DNA from: Pelagomonas calceolata
Lineage: Eukaryota
DNA: 64,000 nt
Assembly (NCBI GenBank): GCA_918797485.1
Contig: CAKKNE010000001.1
Span: 1,612,001 to 1,676,000 of the forward strand
Direction of reading: 5' to 3'
Position numbers and translations under genes: made by a program. Under the pieces are notes generated by a model that saw only the letters and a program-made list of their open reading frames with translations, did not search any database and had not been told where the DNA came from. Shown here piece by piece: positions 49,694 to 60,309 of the stretch; position 1 is the first letter of the stretch, and each line of letters opens with the position of its first letter.

Positions 49694-50218
49694 TCAATCC
49701 GACGCGGCGGCGTCCTCGATCTCCGCCACACGCGCGCGCTTCGGGCCGCGCCCGCAGCGGCACGGGTAATCGCGGTAGTCGCCGAACTCAATGCGCGCGA
49801 GGGCGCGATCTTGCTCGCGGTCGAAATCCCTCGCGAGCTTGCGCCGGCGCGCCTGGGCCACAGCGGCCATGTACCTCGCGTGATAGGTGCGGAGGTCGTC
49901 GAGGTAGGCGTCTTCTTCTTTGTTGCAGGTAGCCCTGGCTCTGGCTTCGGCCAGCGAGGCCGGGGACATGGAGCGGCTGCGGCTGCGGCGGCGGCGCGAC
50001 TTGCGACGGGACTTGGTCTTCTCGCGGCCGCGGCGGCGCTTGCGCGACGCGCCGTCGTCGTCGGAGGAGGAAGAGGACGAGTCGTCGGAGGAGGACGACG
50101 GGGACGGCGAGCGGCGGCGGCGCTGCAGACCACGGATCACGCCCTCCAGATCATCGACCTTGTCCCGCAGCTCTTCGACTTCCGCGCGCAGGCGGGTGAG
50201 TTCCTCGTTCGCCGCCAT
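49694..50218 (-). CDS. Small hypothetical protein (coiled coil, Ser/Arg-rich) lying between the VWA paralogs
   Basis: MAANEELTRLRAEVEELRDKVDDLEG heptads; RS-rich and SD-rich tracts. Confidence 0.55.
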   Translation of the reverse strand: MAANEELTRLRAEVEELRDKVDDLEGVIRGLQRRRRSPSPSSSSDDSSSSSSDDDGASRKRRRGREKTKSRRKSRRRRSRSRSMSPASLAEARARATCNKEEDAYLDDLRTYHARYMAAVAQARRRKLARDFDREQDRALARIEFGDYRDYPCRCGRGPKRARVAEIEDAAASD

Positions 50219-50625
50219 TACGGGCGCCGGGGCTGCGTCGGTCAGCAGTTTGCGCGCGGAACAAAAGACCTGGGATGGGAGAGCACCTCGAGACGACTCG
50301 AGCGTGCGGGGTTGTACGGCGGGCAGGCCTCTCTGCGCCCCAGGGGTCGTACGCGGCGGCGGCATAGTCGTGCCCAGAGCTCTCGGCGCGCGGGCTAGTG
50401 GCATTTCCGTGAGCTCATTCACTGTGCCTTGTTTTCACTGCGACAGCCGCCCGTGTTCCGCCCGCCCGACGCGACGGGCAACGGAGGGGTGCGCACGGAG
50501 CCGCAGCGACCGGTACACGCCGGCGAGGCAGCCTTTAGCGCCGCGGCAGGTCCATAAGCGCGCACACACACAGAGGCTGTGCCTACTCCCGGCCGCAGAC
50601 AGCCCAAAATCGCCCAAAACGCACG

Positions 50626-53017
50626 ATGTCGCTGCCAACCGGGCGCCGCAAGGGCACCTGCTCGCTGTGGCTGAAGCGCAACTGGGTCCTGCTGTCGCTT
50701 TTGGGCCTGGCGCTGGCCTCCGCCGCGCTGAGCGTTTTGCTCTACCTGGAACCATGCGACAAGAAGACGCAGTACGACACGCACAACACGTCGTCCGTCA
50801 TCAACGTCACGAGCTACGCGAATCGCACCGTTTTAGAGAACGTGCGGCTCCGGCGCAGAAATCTCAACAGTACCCGCGCGGCGGCCGCGGCGATGGCGTG
50901 CCCCGACGCGCCCCGTCGCAGGTTACGGTCTACGAGACGGTCATTGAGTTGGAAAACATCACGACGACGCAGAACGTTAGCTTCCTTGTTAATAACACGG
51001 TACGCTACAACGCCACGTACAACATGTCGTACGACGTGTCGCGAAATGTTAGCTATGACGTCGTTTACAATCAGACCTACAATATTACGTACAACACGAC
51101 CGTGAACGTGACCGAGTACGTCAACACGACCGTGAACGTGACCACGACGTACAACGTGAGCACGCACCAGCCCCTCGACGTGGTCCTCGCGCTCGACGCG
51201 TCGCGGTCAGTGACTCGGAGCAGGAACTCAACTCGAATGTGAATGAGACCACATTGTTCAACGCAGGTCCGTCTCGGACGCGGACTTTGTCGCGGAGAAC
51301 CGCGCCAGCCGCGAATTACTAAAGGGCCTCCGCGACTCGCTGACGGGCGACTTGCACGCGGGCGTCGCCGTCTGGGCGGTCGACGGCGTGTCGCGGCGGG
51401 ATTTGACATCAATTGCCAACGCGACGGAAATTGATGAAATGGAGGACGTCGCCCGGCTGCCCTACTGCGCGGCCGTCCCGCCGCCCTATTCGGAGCAGGC
51501 CGAGACCTACTCAAACTACTTCTGCGTGGGCGACCCGTCAGCGACTCGGAGCAGGAATGAATTTGAACTTGCCGGGGTCGCGTCGATGGCGTCAATTTGT
51601 CGTTCAACGCAGGCCGGCCGTCCAAGATGAGGACCACGCCTACGACCTGCGCCACGACGCCTCGCAAGTCTGGGGCCTCACCACGGGCACGTACTACGCC
51701 CAAGCTTTACTCAGGTGCCACGACGCGCTGATACCACAGAACGACGCCTTCCGGCTCTGCGTCGTCGTGACGGACGGCCAGATCGACGAAGATAGATACG
51801 CGCAATGTGTCGATGACGTACGTCAACCGACGATGACCTACACGGCGAATATGACTGGAGACTACTACGACGCGGGCACCGAGATTTATAAGGACGACTG
51901 CGGCTGGCACGCGAGCGTGCGGTGGATCGCGCCGGGGGCCTACGCCTTCTGCCAAAGCCATTCCATAGCGGAGTGCACCGTCGACGCCATTGCCGCTACT
52001 CTGAAGGCCAACGGCATTAAAGTCCTCAGCGTCCTCGTGAGCGAGAACAACGATTTAGAACCATACGTCGAGCGGATGGCCGCGCTCGCGTCGTGCGACG
52101 GCTACGAGGTGGCGAGCTGCCCCTACATCGTCGAGGAGGCGGACTTCGCTTCTTTAACAGACGCGGCCTCGACGATCGCCGGGGACGTCGCTTTGAACGT
52201 GGAGCTGCGCACTTCTGTTGTAGAGGAGACGATTTCCGTAGAAACGACTTTACCAATTGTCGTGCCGCGGCAGCGCCTCCATGAGGAGGAGGTGACCGAG
52301 ACCGTCACGCGGCAGGAAACGATTAGTGTGGTCGAGCCGGAGGTCCGCCAGGAGACGCGCCAGGAGATTAGTGTGTCCACTGTGATCGAGACGACGCAGG
52401 AGGAGATTACAAGGGAGGTCGAGGTCGAGTCCATTGAAACTAGAACATCGGAAGAACTCGTCACGCTCACCGAGGAGCACGTCCAACCCATGGAGATCAC
52501 GGAGGAGACCGTGACGCAAAAGACGATCTGCACCGGTTCGCCAATTTCGTTCTCGCTGTTGGTGCTGGCGTTGCCGTTGTTGGCCTACCTGTTCCTCAAA
52601 CCAATCCTGAACTGCCTCGAGAACTGCTGCTGCCCCTACTACGACGATGAGGAGGATTTGCTGGTCATGCACGCGAATCCGGCGTTCGGCATCGACCAGG
52701 AGGATTTGTCAAGGGCGCGGCCCATGCGCCGCCGGTCGACGATCGACAAGTTGCTGACGCGAGCTAAACACCTGCGGAAGAAGAAGCATGTGGGCGCGCC
52801 CCTCTCGCCCCTGCGCACGGCCTCACCCAAAAGTAATGAAGAGCCCCGCCGCCGGAGCGCCCCGTTATTGGCGAGAGACGCCGACACGGACTGGTCCTCG
52901 GGCGTCGCCGCGGTCTACGACGGCGACGACTGGCAGGAGTCCGTGGCCGACTTCGTCATCAACTTGGTGTGTTGCCGCTTCTGCCGCAAGGCCCCCGAGG
53001 AGTTCGAGGCCGTCTGA
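50626..53017 (+). CDS. Two-TM VWA stalk protein, paralog B (4 exons: 50626-50841, 50922-51205, 51267-51536, 51613-53017)
   Basis: Colinear with paralog A once three GT-AG introns are removed (ENVTV, DASRSVSD and GDPPAVQD junctions match A). Confidence 0.85.
51206..51266 (+). mobile_element. Introner-like intron, family B, copy 1
   Basis: Begins gtcagtgactcggagcaggaa and ends gttcaacgcag; same ends as 51537-51612. Confidence 0.7.
51537..51612 (+). mobile_element. Introner-like intron, family B, copy 2
   Basis: Begins gtcagcgactcggagcaggaa and ends gttcaacgcag; contains gcgtcgatggcgt. Confidence 0.7.
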
Positions 53018-53290
53018 GCATTTCCCCCCGCCGTGTGTAACTCCCCCCCCGTTTATCTAGTACTTAGGCGGGACGGACATATCGCCGGGTCCTGGCGCGC
53101 GCCCCACTCGCGGAGCGTCCGGTACCTGTGTGGGTGTACCGTCGACGGCGTGGTACCGGAAAATGACCGATACGTGATTCGAACACGTAACCTCCAGGAC
53201 TGGAATCTGACGCGCTACCGTTGCGCCAATCGGTCGAAGTCCGAGTACGGACGCCGCCGCGGTACGCATCGAGTCATCGACGGCGTCTCT

Positions 53291-54319
53291 CTAGGCCCGC
53301 GCCATCTCCGCGGCCACGGGCCCGCCGTAGGCCGGCGGCGGGTCGTTCTTGCCGCCGGACGCGACGACCGTGCCCTGCGCCACCGGCGGCGCGTAGGTGG
53401 CCTGGACGGGCTGGGCCGTGACCGAACCACCACCTCCGAGCGTGCCCTCCTTCTTGCGCTCGTTCCACTCGTAGTTGATCTGCGCGAACATGCAGCCCGC
53501 CGTCGTGTAGAACACCAGGTCCGCGATGCACTGGATGCACTGGGCCGCATCTCTTAGTTCCGGGATGAAGCAGGCGAGGATGTTGCAGACCTGTGTGGAA
53601 ATCAACCAGTGTGTCGGGTACACCATTTCTCGGCGATGACGCGGCCGCGCTGGTTCCGTCGAGCGGTGAGGAACCGACACCGCCACGCCGTCGAGCAGGC
53701 GTCGCGTCGATGGCGTGGAGTGGAGATCGACGCGGCGATTCAGGACGAACGCGCGCCAATTTGATTTCCGCACAGTTGCGGACGCACGCGAGCAGCTGCA
53801 TGAAGTTGTTGAAGCGGATGATGCGGCGGTCGCAGGGGTCCGACGCGAGGTTGAACTTGTCCATGACGTACATGCGCGTCGCCGAGAGCGCGCAGGACCT
53901 GCGTTCATCGATATTGATGAGACGCCTCGACGCCGTCGCCGCGACGCCTCGACGCCATCGACGCGACGCCTTCACGCCATGGACGCGACATCTCGACGCC
54001 ATCAACGCGGCGCCTCGACGCCGTCGCCGCGACGCCTCCACGCCGTCGCCGCGACTCGTGGAACGGGACGCCGCGACCCATACGCGCAGCAGCAGCCCTC
54101 GCAGGCGAGGCAGCAGGGGTTGCCCTGGTCGCCGACGGAGCCCGCCTTCCAGCAGGCCTTATCATAATACCCCTGGCAGCAGAGGTACGCGTCCATGTTG
54201 CCTTCTAACACCTTGTGGCGCATGTAGCAGTTGCCGACGCAGATGCAGCCGAGCGGGCACCCCAGCAGGCAGTGGAGCGGGTCCTTGCAGGGCGCGTCCT
54301 TCATGCCGACCTTGAACAT
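53291..54319 (-). CDS. Cys-rich PLAC8-like membrane protein (exons 54319-54084, 53898-53784, 53590-53291; 5' end may extend further upstream)
   Basis: Spliced product YLCCQGY..CLACEGCCCASCALSATRMYVMDKFNLASDPCDRRIIRFNNFMQLLACVCNILAC..ADLVFYTTAGCMFAQINYE. Confidence 0.75.
53591..53783 (-). mobile_element. Introner-like intron, family A (best-preserved copy)
   Basis: 15-bp TIR ctgtgtggaaatcaa / ttgatttccgcacag (1 mismatch); 8-bp TSD GTCCGCAA / GTCTGCAA supplies the GT donor, and the TIR supplies the CAG acceptor. Confidence 0.88.
53921..54052. repeat. 22-bp x6 tandem repeat inside intron 53899-54083
   Basis: Consensus gacgcctcgacgccRtcgMcgc; units start at 53921, 53943, 53965, 53987, 54009 and 54031. 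Confidence 0.9.
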
Positions 54320-54901
54320 GTTCGCGCGGCCCGCCGTGCGGTCGCCCTCGACGGGGCCTGCGTTTTGTGTCGCGCGTCGGCGCGGCGGTTTGACGCTTCT
54401 CTCGGGGGTCGCGTCTCGCGTCGCGTCGTGGACATGGTCGCGCGGCGGCGGCGCGGCGCGGTTTCACAGTTCTCTCGCGGGTCGGGTCTCGCGTCATCGT
54501 CGCGCGGGCGGTTTTGTCGATAATTCCGGCGCGCCCGGCCAGGCGGTCCGAGTCGCCGCCGCCAGGCGGCGCCGCCGAGTCGGCTCCGCCGCCGCGGCGG
54601 TCGATCGGCGGCTCCAGCTGTTTTTCACATTTTTGTCTCTACACGATCAGGCGGCGCCGTGGCGCCTTCGACGCCGGGCTGGGACCATCGTCAAAGAAGC
54701 AGAGGCACATATTATAGGCCAAGTCGTCGCACCGCTTACGCGAGGCCTCGGCTAATTCCAAGCCCAAAAAGTCTGGCTAGTGTGTCCATATACGCTAAGC
54801 GAAAAACGGAGGAGACTATGATGCGTCCAATATCACACAACGCACGAATAGTCGCATTGCCGCGAAACTGCCGCCGACACTAGGACCGTTTCGGACCCGC
54901 T

Positions 54902-54939
54902 CTAACCCGAATCTCGCCCAACCCTAACCCTAACCCTTA
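54902..54939 (+). repeat. Short interstitial telomere-like (CCCTAA) tract
   Basis: ctaacccgaatctcgcccaaccctaaccctaaccctta. Confidence 0.5.
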
Positions 54940-55103
54940 CTTCTAGTGGTATCTGGGAAATGTAATTAAGAGATTGCGCGTAAAGGGGGGATGCATGCAG
55001 GGGCTCGCGAACTTGGGGGCGAGGTATGAGGGGCGAGGCGGCGCCGGGCGTGTCCGCCGCGCCGTCGGAGGGCCGCGGTGCTGCCCAGCGCGGGCGCACG
55101 AGC

Positions 55104-56556
55104 CTAGAACACGACGGCGGTGGCGGCAATAGCGAGGAGGGTGGCGGCCGCGGTGGCCTTGGGGGCGGCCCCGTCGCTGAGCAGCGCGGAGGTCGGGCCC
55201 GTAACTTTTTCGATACGACCGCTCTTATCAATACAAATCTCGTGGTCGAGGCCGACAAATTCGCCGGTGATTTTCGGGCATGAGAGCCCTGTGCACACGG
55301 GGTCGACTTTCCACACGATCTTGGACAAAATATCCGCGTTCGCACTGTTCTTTCCCGTGGCAGTAAATATGTAGCAGCCAGTGAGAGCTTTCGCACCAAA
55401 ACCACCCATTGGAATTATACCGGTTTTTCCAATTCCCGAATGCAAGGGGAAAACCGTCCACGTGTGTGATGTGACGATTGCGCTGGGAGTGTTTGGCTTG
55501 ATGTGCCCATATAACTGCACGTCATCGTCGTCCTCGTCGTCGTCCCAATTCTCCTCCAAGAGGTACTTGTCGGCCCAGGCGTAGGCGTCGTCGTCGCGAT
55601 CATATACATCGATGTATTGGCTCGTCTGACGCCACGCCGGGAAGTACCCAGCAGGGTCCTCGCAATTTGGTCTGCACTGAAGGTGCGCCGGGGCCTCGTA
55701 CCGTTCCTTCCACTCACCATCCTCGTAGACACCATGCTGCAGGTTGTTGCCACTGCATATGTAACAAGATCCGTAGCTGCAGCCGTACCCCCCATCGCTC
55801 GCCAAAATGTAATGCCTGCTGTAATCTAAATCGCGGGCCTTATAATCCGTACAATCGTTACAACTGGAGCTACAATCCACCCCAATCCAAACCTCGTTAT
55901 CTTGACAGTGCCACATGTGGTAGTTCACGTCGGTGCAGCCGTCGTCCCAAGCACTCCAGCTCGTGGCTGACCACTCAGTGAACCTGCGGGCGCCCGGGGC
56001 CAGAGATCCGCCTAAAATAAATTTACGTGCCGCGCACCGCCACGTACCTTGTCGTGCCCTTGATGGAGTCGATGTTGCCATTACTGTCAAGGCATATTTC
56101 AACACCTCCGCCCAAGGGAACCCACACCCCGTTGTTGTCCTTCATTTTTATTCCCATGTCCTCGGTCCTACGCATGTCCACACCCCGCGCCACGTCCACG
56201 CCCTGAATAAGGAAGAGGTAGGACCGTGGCGCGGGCGCGCGATGCGCCCTTTCAGACCCACTTCTCTCAGACGATCGACGGGTGACGTGAAACCCCCTTC
56301 AGAAAGCTTTTTCCGCGCTGCGCGGCGCGTAGCAGGCGTCGCTGTCACTGACCTTAACTTCGGCCGCTTTTAGCTGAACCGGCACGCCCACAACCTGCGC
56401 GGGCGGCGGGCGCTGGAAGCTGGGCTCCGGACTTCAACTATCCCACTCGCTGCCCACCTTGTGTGAAATAGCGATGGAGTACTCGTTGGCGTACGTTAGC
56501 CGCTTCAAATCGCATGATGTGAGCACCAGCGCAAGTTTCAGCGCACGTTTTAGCAT
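55104..56556 (-). CDS. Cys/Trp-rich secreted protein with a GPI-like tail, multi-exon, lower GC
   Basis: Signal-like MLKRALKLALVL at 56556; introns 56203-56352 and 55984-56047 give a continuous frame; internal repeat EICLDSNGNIDSIKG / EICIDKSGRIEKVTG; hydrophobic C-terminus. First intron uncertain. Confidence 0.55.
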
Positions 56557-56960
56557 TTTGCGCCGGCTCTTTTTTGGGATGCGCTGCCTGTGGCTTGTAG
56601 TGAAGCCTACCTCTTGACAGCGGGCAGCACTGAGAAAAAAGATGGACCGTATGTACACCGCGCTGAGAGTATGCAAGTGAAGTAAGAGATATGAAAGCTA
56701 GAGCTAGTAAGTTTAGGGACGATCCCGTTAGTCTGAGGTTTCACTGACCCGGGGAGAACACAGACTGGGAGAAACTCAGACTCGGCCAGAACTCAAACTA
56801 GGACGCTGCCGCGGCGCCGAGCTTCGCGATGGGACGCGAAGGCCCTCAAAAATCCACCCCCTACCCCGGGTTTAAACTCGGTTTAAAAAAACACACCTCA
56901 AATCCAAAAATTCAACTTAAAATGCAAAAGCGGGGATCTTGAACTCAAGTTGAAGTTTCA

Positions 56961-58085
56961 CTAATGTACCGCATGCGGTACATTAGTCACGAACGCCTCC
57001 GACCGCCGCCACAACATTTCGGCTACTTCGCGGGGATGCGGCGGGAGGCCCTCTCTTTCCACACGGCAGTCGGCGACGAAGCGCGATTCGCCTCTCAAAG
57101 AAGCCGCGGAGAACGACGGCGACAGGCAGCAATGTAACGAGCAGTGCGCGCCCTGGCGCGGCGTCTTCTGGAAGAGGACCCAGAACGGCACGGCCAATAC
57201 ATGCGCCAGACGCACATACAAAGGTAAATGCCGCGTCACGGACGTGAACACGAAGCCGGGGTGACACGCCACGCACGCAATTTGCGGGTTTCTCGACGCA
57301 AAAGCATGAGCAAACAACACGTTCTGCAGTTTTGAGACGGCGTAGGCGTCGAAGAGCTTGTGTGTTTGTGCAGCCCCTCGAAAATCCAGCAATTTCTGTG
57401 GAATGTCCCGCATGCGAGCCGCCTTCCGATGTAATGCAGAAGACACTACCACAACTCTCGCGTCGCCCTTCAGCCGAGGCGCCAGACTAGTAGCCAGCTG
57501 GAAATGTCCTAAATGGTTCGCCGCGACCGTTTGCTCCGCGCCGTCTTTAGTAAGGTGGTAGGCGGGCATCATGACGCCCGCGTTCAGCACGAGCAAGTTG
57601 ATGTCCGTGAGGGACTCGGCGAACTTTTTCACCGATTCTCTTGACGCGAGGTCGAGCGGGACGGAACAGGGCCTTGCTATACCAGGCCCCTTGCTGGCCT
57701 CATTTATGAGCTGCGCCGTCTTCAGAGCCTGCTCCACACTACGCGCGGGCACCAAAACGTCGACGCCCCGCTCGCAGAGTAGCACGCACGTCTGGAACCC
57801 AATTCCCGCGGTGCTGCCCGTGACGAGAGCCACACCACTTGAGATTCGGTCCGTCGGTATCCTTCCTCTGACATTATGCGTGTAGGCCTCGAGTAATCCA
57901 AAAGCGGTTATCACCAAACGTGTCAGAGGGAACGCCGCGAGGACGCGCTCGAGCGCGAGGCAACATCCTATCCTCATACACGTGAGCGACCACCAGAACT
58001 GCGACAAAGGCTCTTCGGCCGTGTAGCGGAACGCGCCGCCGGCGAGCGAGTAGGCCGCCACAGCACATGTGCCGCGCAGGCTCAT
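56961..58085 (-). CDS. Short-chain dehydrogenase/reductase (retinol dehydrogenase/WWOX-like)
   Basis: VTGSTAGIG, LDLAS, LNAGVM, ANHLGHF, VSSALH, YAVSK, HPGFV. Confidence 0.9.
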   Translation of the reverse strand: MSLRGTCAVAAYSLAGGAFRYTAEEPLSQFWWSLTCMRIGCCLALERVLAAFPLTRLVITAFGLLEAYTHNVRGRIPTDRISSGVALVTGSTAGIGFQTCVLLCERGVDVLVPARSVEQALKTAQLINEASKGPGIARPCSVPLDLASRESVKKFAESLTDINLLVLNAGVMMPAYHLTKDGAEQTVAANHLGHFQLATSLAPRLKGDARVVVVSSALHRKAARMRDIPQKLLDFRGAAQTHKLFDAYAVSKLQNVLFAHAFASRNPQIACVACHPGFVFTSVTRHLPLYVRLAHVLAVPFWVLFQKTPRQGAHCSLHCCLSPSFSAASLRGESRFVADCRVEREGLPPHPREVAEMLWRRSEAFVTNVPHAVH

Positions 58086-58367
58086 GGTGCTGATGTGCAG
58101 GAGCTTTGAGGCGCGGCGACGGCGTCACGCGTCTTTTCGAGCTCTGCTGTTGTCTTTATTTCGAGCTATGCTGCCCTTGCACGAATTGGATGCGCTAGGA
58201 AGTGCCTCGGTGCGCGTTTGGCAGCTGGTGCTGCCGGAGAGCGCCATCTTGTTTCACGGTGCTGCTGAGCGTGCGAGCATACACGCGCAACGCTCGCCGA
58301 CGCGTTGATATAGATCACTGCCACCAGAGCGCGGGCGCAGAGGTGCGCTCGCGACGCCTGCGCACAA

Positions 58368-59006
58368 ATGAGAGCTCTCCTCCGGCTGCTGGCACTCTGC
58401 TTGCTTTCTACTGGCGCGCGGGCGTTCGTTTGGCCGCATGCCTCGACAAGGGGCGGGCGCGGTCGGTCCGCGTCGGCCGCGTCGGCCTCGGCGCCCAGCG
58501 AAGACGAAGAGGGTCTCATGGTGACGATCGCGAAGGTGCGGCGGCCGCTCGGAGTGATTCTCGAGGAGCGCGAGGGCGGCAGCGGCGTCGAGGTGCTGGA
58601 CATTGACCCGCGCGGAAACGCCGCCGGCGAGGATGTCTTGGTCGGCGACCGCGTGCTCATGATCGACGCCCAGCAATGCGGCGATGAGGGCTTCGACGCC
58701 GTCGCGGGCCGGATCGGCGCTTCGGCGGGGGACCGCGTCGAATTGACGCTGGGTCGGAGGATCGGCACTGTGCGCATCATTTGGCCCAATGGGGCGCAAT
58801 CAGGCGCGTTACCGGGCGAGCCGCTCCAGGAGCTCGCCCTGAAAGCAAGGTACCCGGTAAAGTACGCCTGTACGTCCGGGTCGTGCGGAACCTGCGAGCA
58901 CAGGTTGAGAACGCCGGGCGACGATATTCGGTATACGCGCCTATGCGTCGCGCGGGTGCCGAAGGGCAAGGAGGTCGCCCAGGTCCTGCCGGGGGACCGG
59001 TTCTAG
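58368..59006 (+). CDS. Plastid-targeted PDZ-like plus 2Fe-2S ferredoxin domain protein
   Basis: Signal peptide ending GARA-F; RRPLGVILEE..GNA..VGDRV (PDZ-like); YACTSGSCGTC...RLC (2Fe-2S ligands). Confidence 0.8.
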   Translation: MRALLRLLALCLLSTGARAFVWPHASTRGGRGRSASAASASAPSEDEEGLMVTIAKVRRPLGVILEEREGGSGVEVLDIDPRGNAAGEDVLVGDRVLMIDAQQCGDEGFDAVAGRIGASAGDRVELTLGRRIGTVRIIWPNGAQSGALPGEPLQELALKARYPVKYACTSGSCGTCEHRLRTPGDDIRYTRLCVARVPKGKEVAQVLPGDRF

Positions 59007-59029
59007 TGTAGTAACTGTGTTTAACAAAC

Positions 59030-60004
59030 TTACAGCACATCGTCCAGCACTAGGCCCAGGGGCACCGCGCCCCACCAGTCCGGCGGCGGGCAGGAGACGT
59101 CCACCACGCCCGGGACGCGTAGGGTCTGAGCGTGGAGCATTATGCCCTTGTGCGAGGGGCTCTCGATGACCCGCTTCTTTGGTGGGGATACCTCTCCCAC
59201 CAACGGAAAGCCGAGCGCGGCGCAGTGCTTGCGCACCTGGTGCTTCCGGCCCGTCCTGGCCTTGCAGCGGAGCAGGGCGAAGTCCGCCGTTTGCGCGAGG
59301 GGCTCGACCTCGGTCTCGGCGGGCTTGGCCTGGATCGGCTCGTCAATAATAGTCGGGCCGGTCAGGCTCGCGCCGTCCTGTACGACGCCCACGGCCAGGT
59401 AGGTCTTTTCTACGCGTCGCGCGGCGAACGCCCTCACCAGTAAAGCGTGCGCGCGGCGCGTCTTCGCGAGAACCATGCATCCGGACACGTCCCGGTCCAA
59501 CCGATGCACCACGCCCCGCGCAAGCGGACCGCCCAGGTCGGACAGCTCGACGCCGTAGGCGTGCTCGACGGCGTCTGGCAGCGTCGCGACGCCCTTGGTC
59601 GTGCCTTCGGTCATCGATAAAACTCCATTCGGCTTGGAGACGGCGACCAAATGGTCGTCCTCGTGGAGACGCGTGAGACCGGCTGCGGCCTTCGAAACCA
59701 CGGCCCGCTTCGTCGGCTTGCGGTAGGCTGCGCGTTTCTTGGAGAACGTGGCCCCTCGCTCGAGCACGCCGTCCGCGTCCTCGCCGAGGCCCGCGTCCAA
59801 GAGAGTCGCGGCGACGAGCGAGTAGGTCACGACGTCGGGAGTCGCGCCGGCGCCGGTTTCCATCGATTCAAGTCGGGCCAGCGCATCTGTCGCGTCTAAG
59901 CCGTTCAGAAGAGCGTCGTGAAACTGGACGACCGCTGGCCTTCCCTTCAACGCGCTCAACGCGCTCGCACTGCTGGTGAAGGCTGCCAAGAGCAGGCACC
60001 ACAT
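59030..60004 (-). CDS. RluA-family pseudouridine synthase with an N-terminal PPR-like motif, organelle-targeted
   Basis: AVSKPNG, VHRLDRDVSG, KTYLA, TGRKHQVRKH, GFPLVG, LHA; TPDVVTYS is PPR-like. Confidence 0.88.
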   Translation of the reverse strand: MWCLLLAAFTSSASALSALKGRPAVVQFHDALLNGLDATDALARLESMETGAGATPDVVTYSLVAATLLDAGLGEDADGVLERGATFSKKRAAYRKPTKRAVVSKAAAGLTRLHEDDHLVAVSKPNGVLSMTEGTTKGVATLPDAVEHAYGVELSDLGGPLARGVVHRLDRDVSGCMVLAKTRRAHALLVRAFAARRVEKTYLAVGVVQDGASLTGPTIIDEPIQAKPAETEVEPLAQTADFALLRCKARTGRKHQVRKHCAALGFPLVGEVSPPKKRVIESPSHKGIMLHAQTLRVPGVVDVSCPPPDWWGAVPLGLVLDDVL

Positions 60005-60147
60005 TTTCTCATTCACCCGACGAGAGCCTTCAGAGCTCAAGGCAGTCGTTTGTCAGAGACTTAGATAGCCTATGCTGAGCGCACAGCGCCATTCATGCGG
60101 GCATCAGGCCATACAAGCCGTGAGCCCGATCGGCACAGTAGGGGCGT

Positions 60148-60171
60148 GCTAGTGTCTTACTGAACGCTAGC
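60148..60171 (+). promoter_or_regulatory. CTAG-box element
   Basis: gctagtgtcttactgaacgctagc between divergent genes. Confidence 0.6.
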
Positions 60172-60309
60172 TCGGCTGGGCTGCTTGCGGCGTAAGCTCT
60201 CAAACAGCTCACTCGCGCCACCGCTGCGACATCATTCGTCAAAAGTCGGCCAACCGCTTGGGCTGCACAACTCTCGCTGGACAATTTCGCCCGAGAGCCG
60301 CGAATCAGC

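Noticed and set aside
49920..51242. 440-aa plus-strand ORF
   Set aside because: Chimeric read-through of antisense and intergenic DNA into exon 2 of VWA paralog B.
53921..54052. 22-bp repeat array as a CRISPR array
   Set aside because: Units are head-to-tail without unique spacers, lie in a spliceosomal intron, and no cas genes are present.
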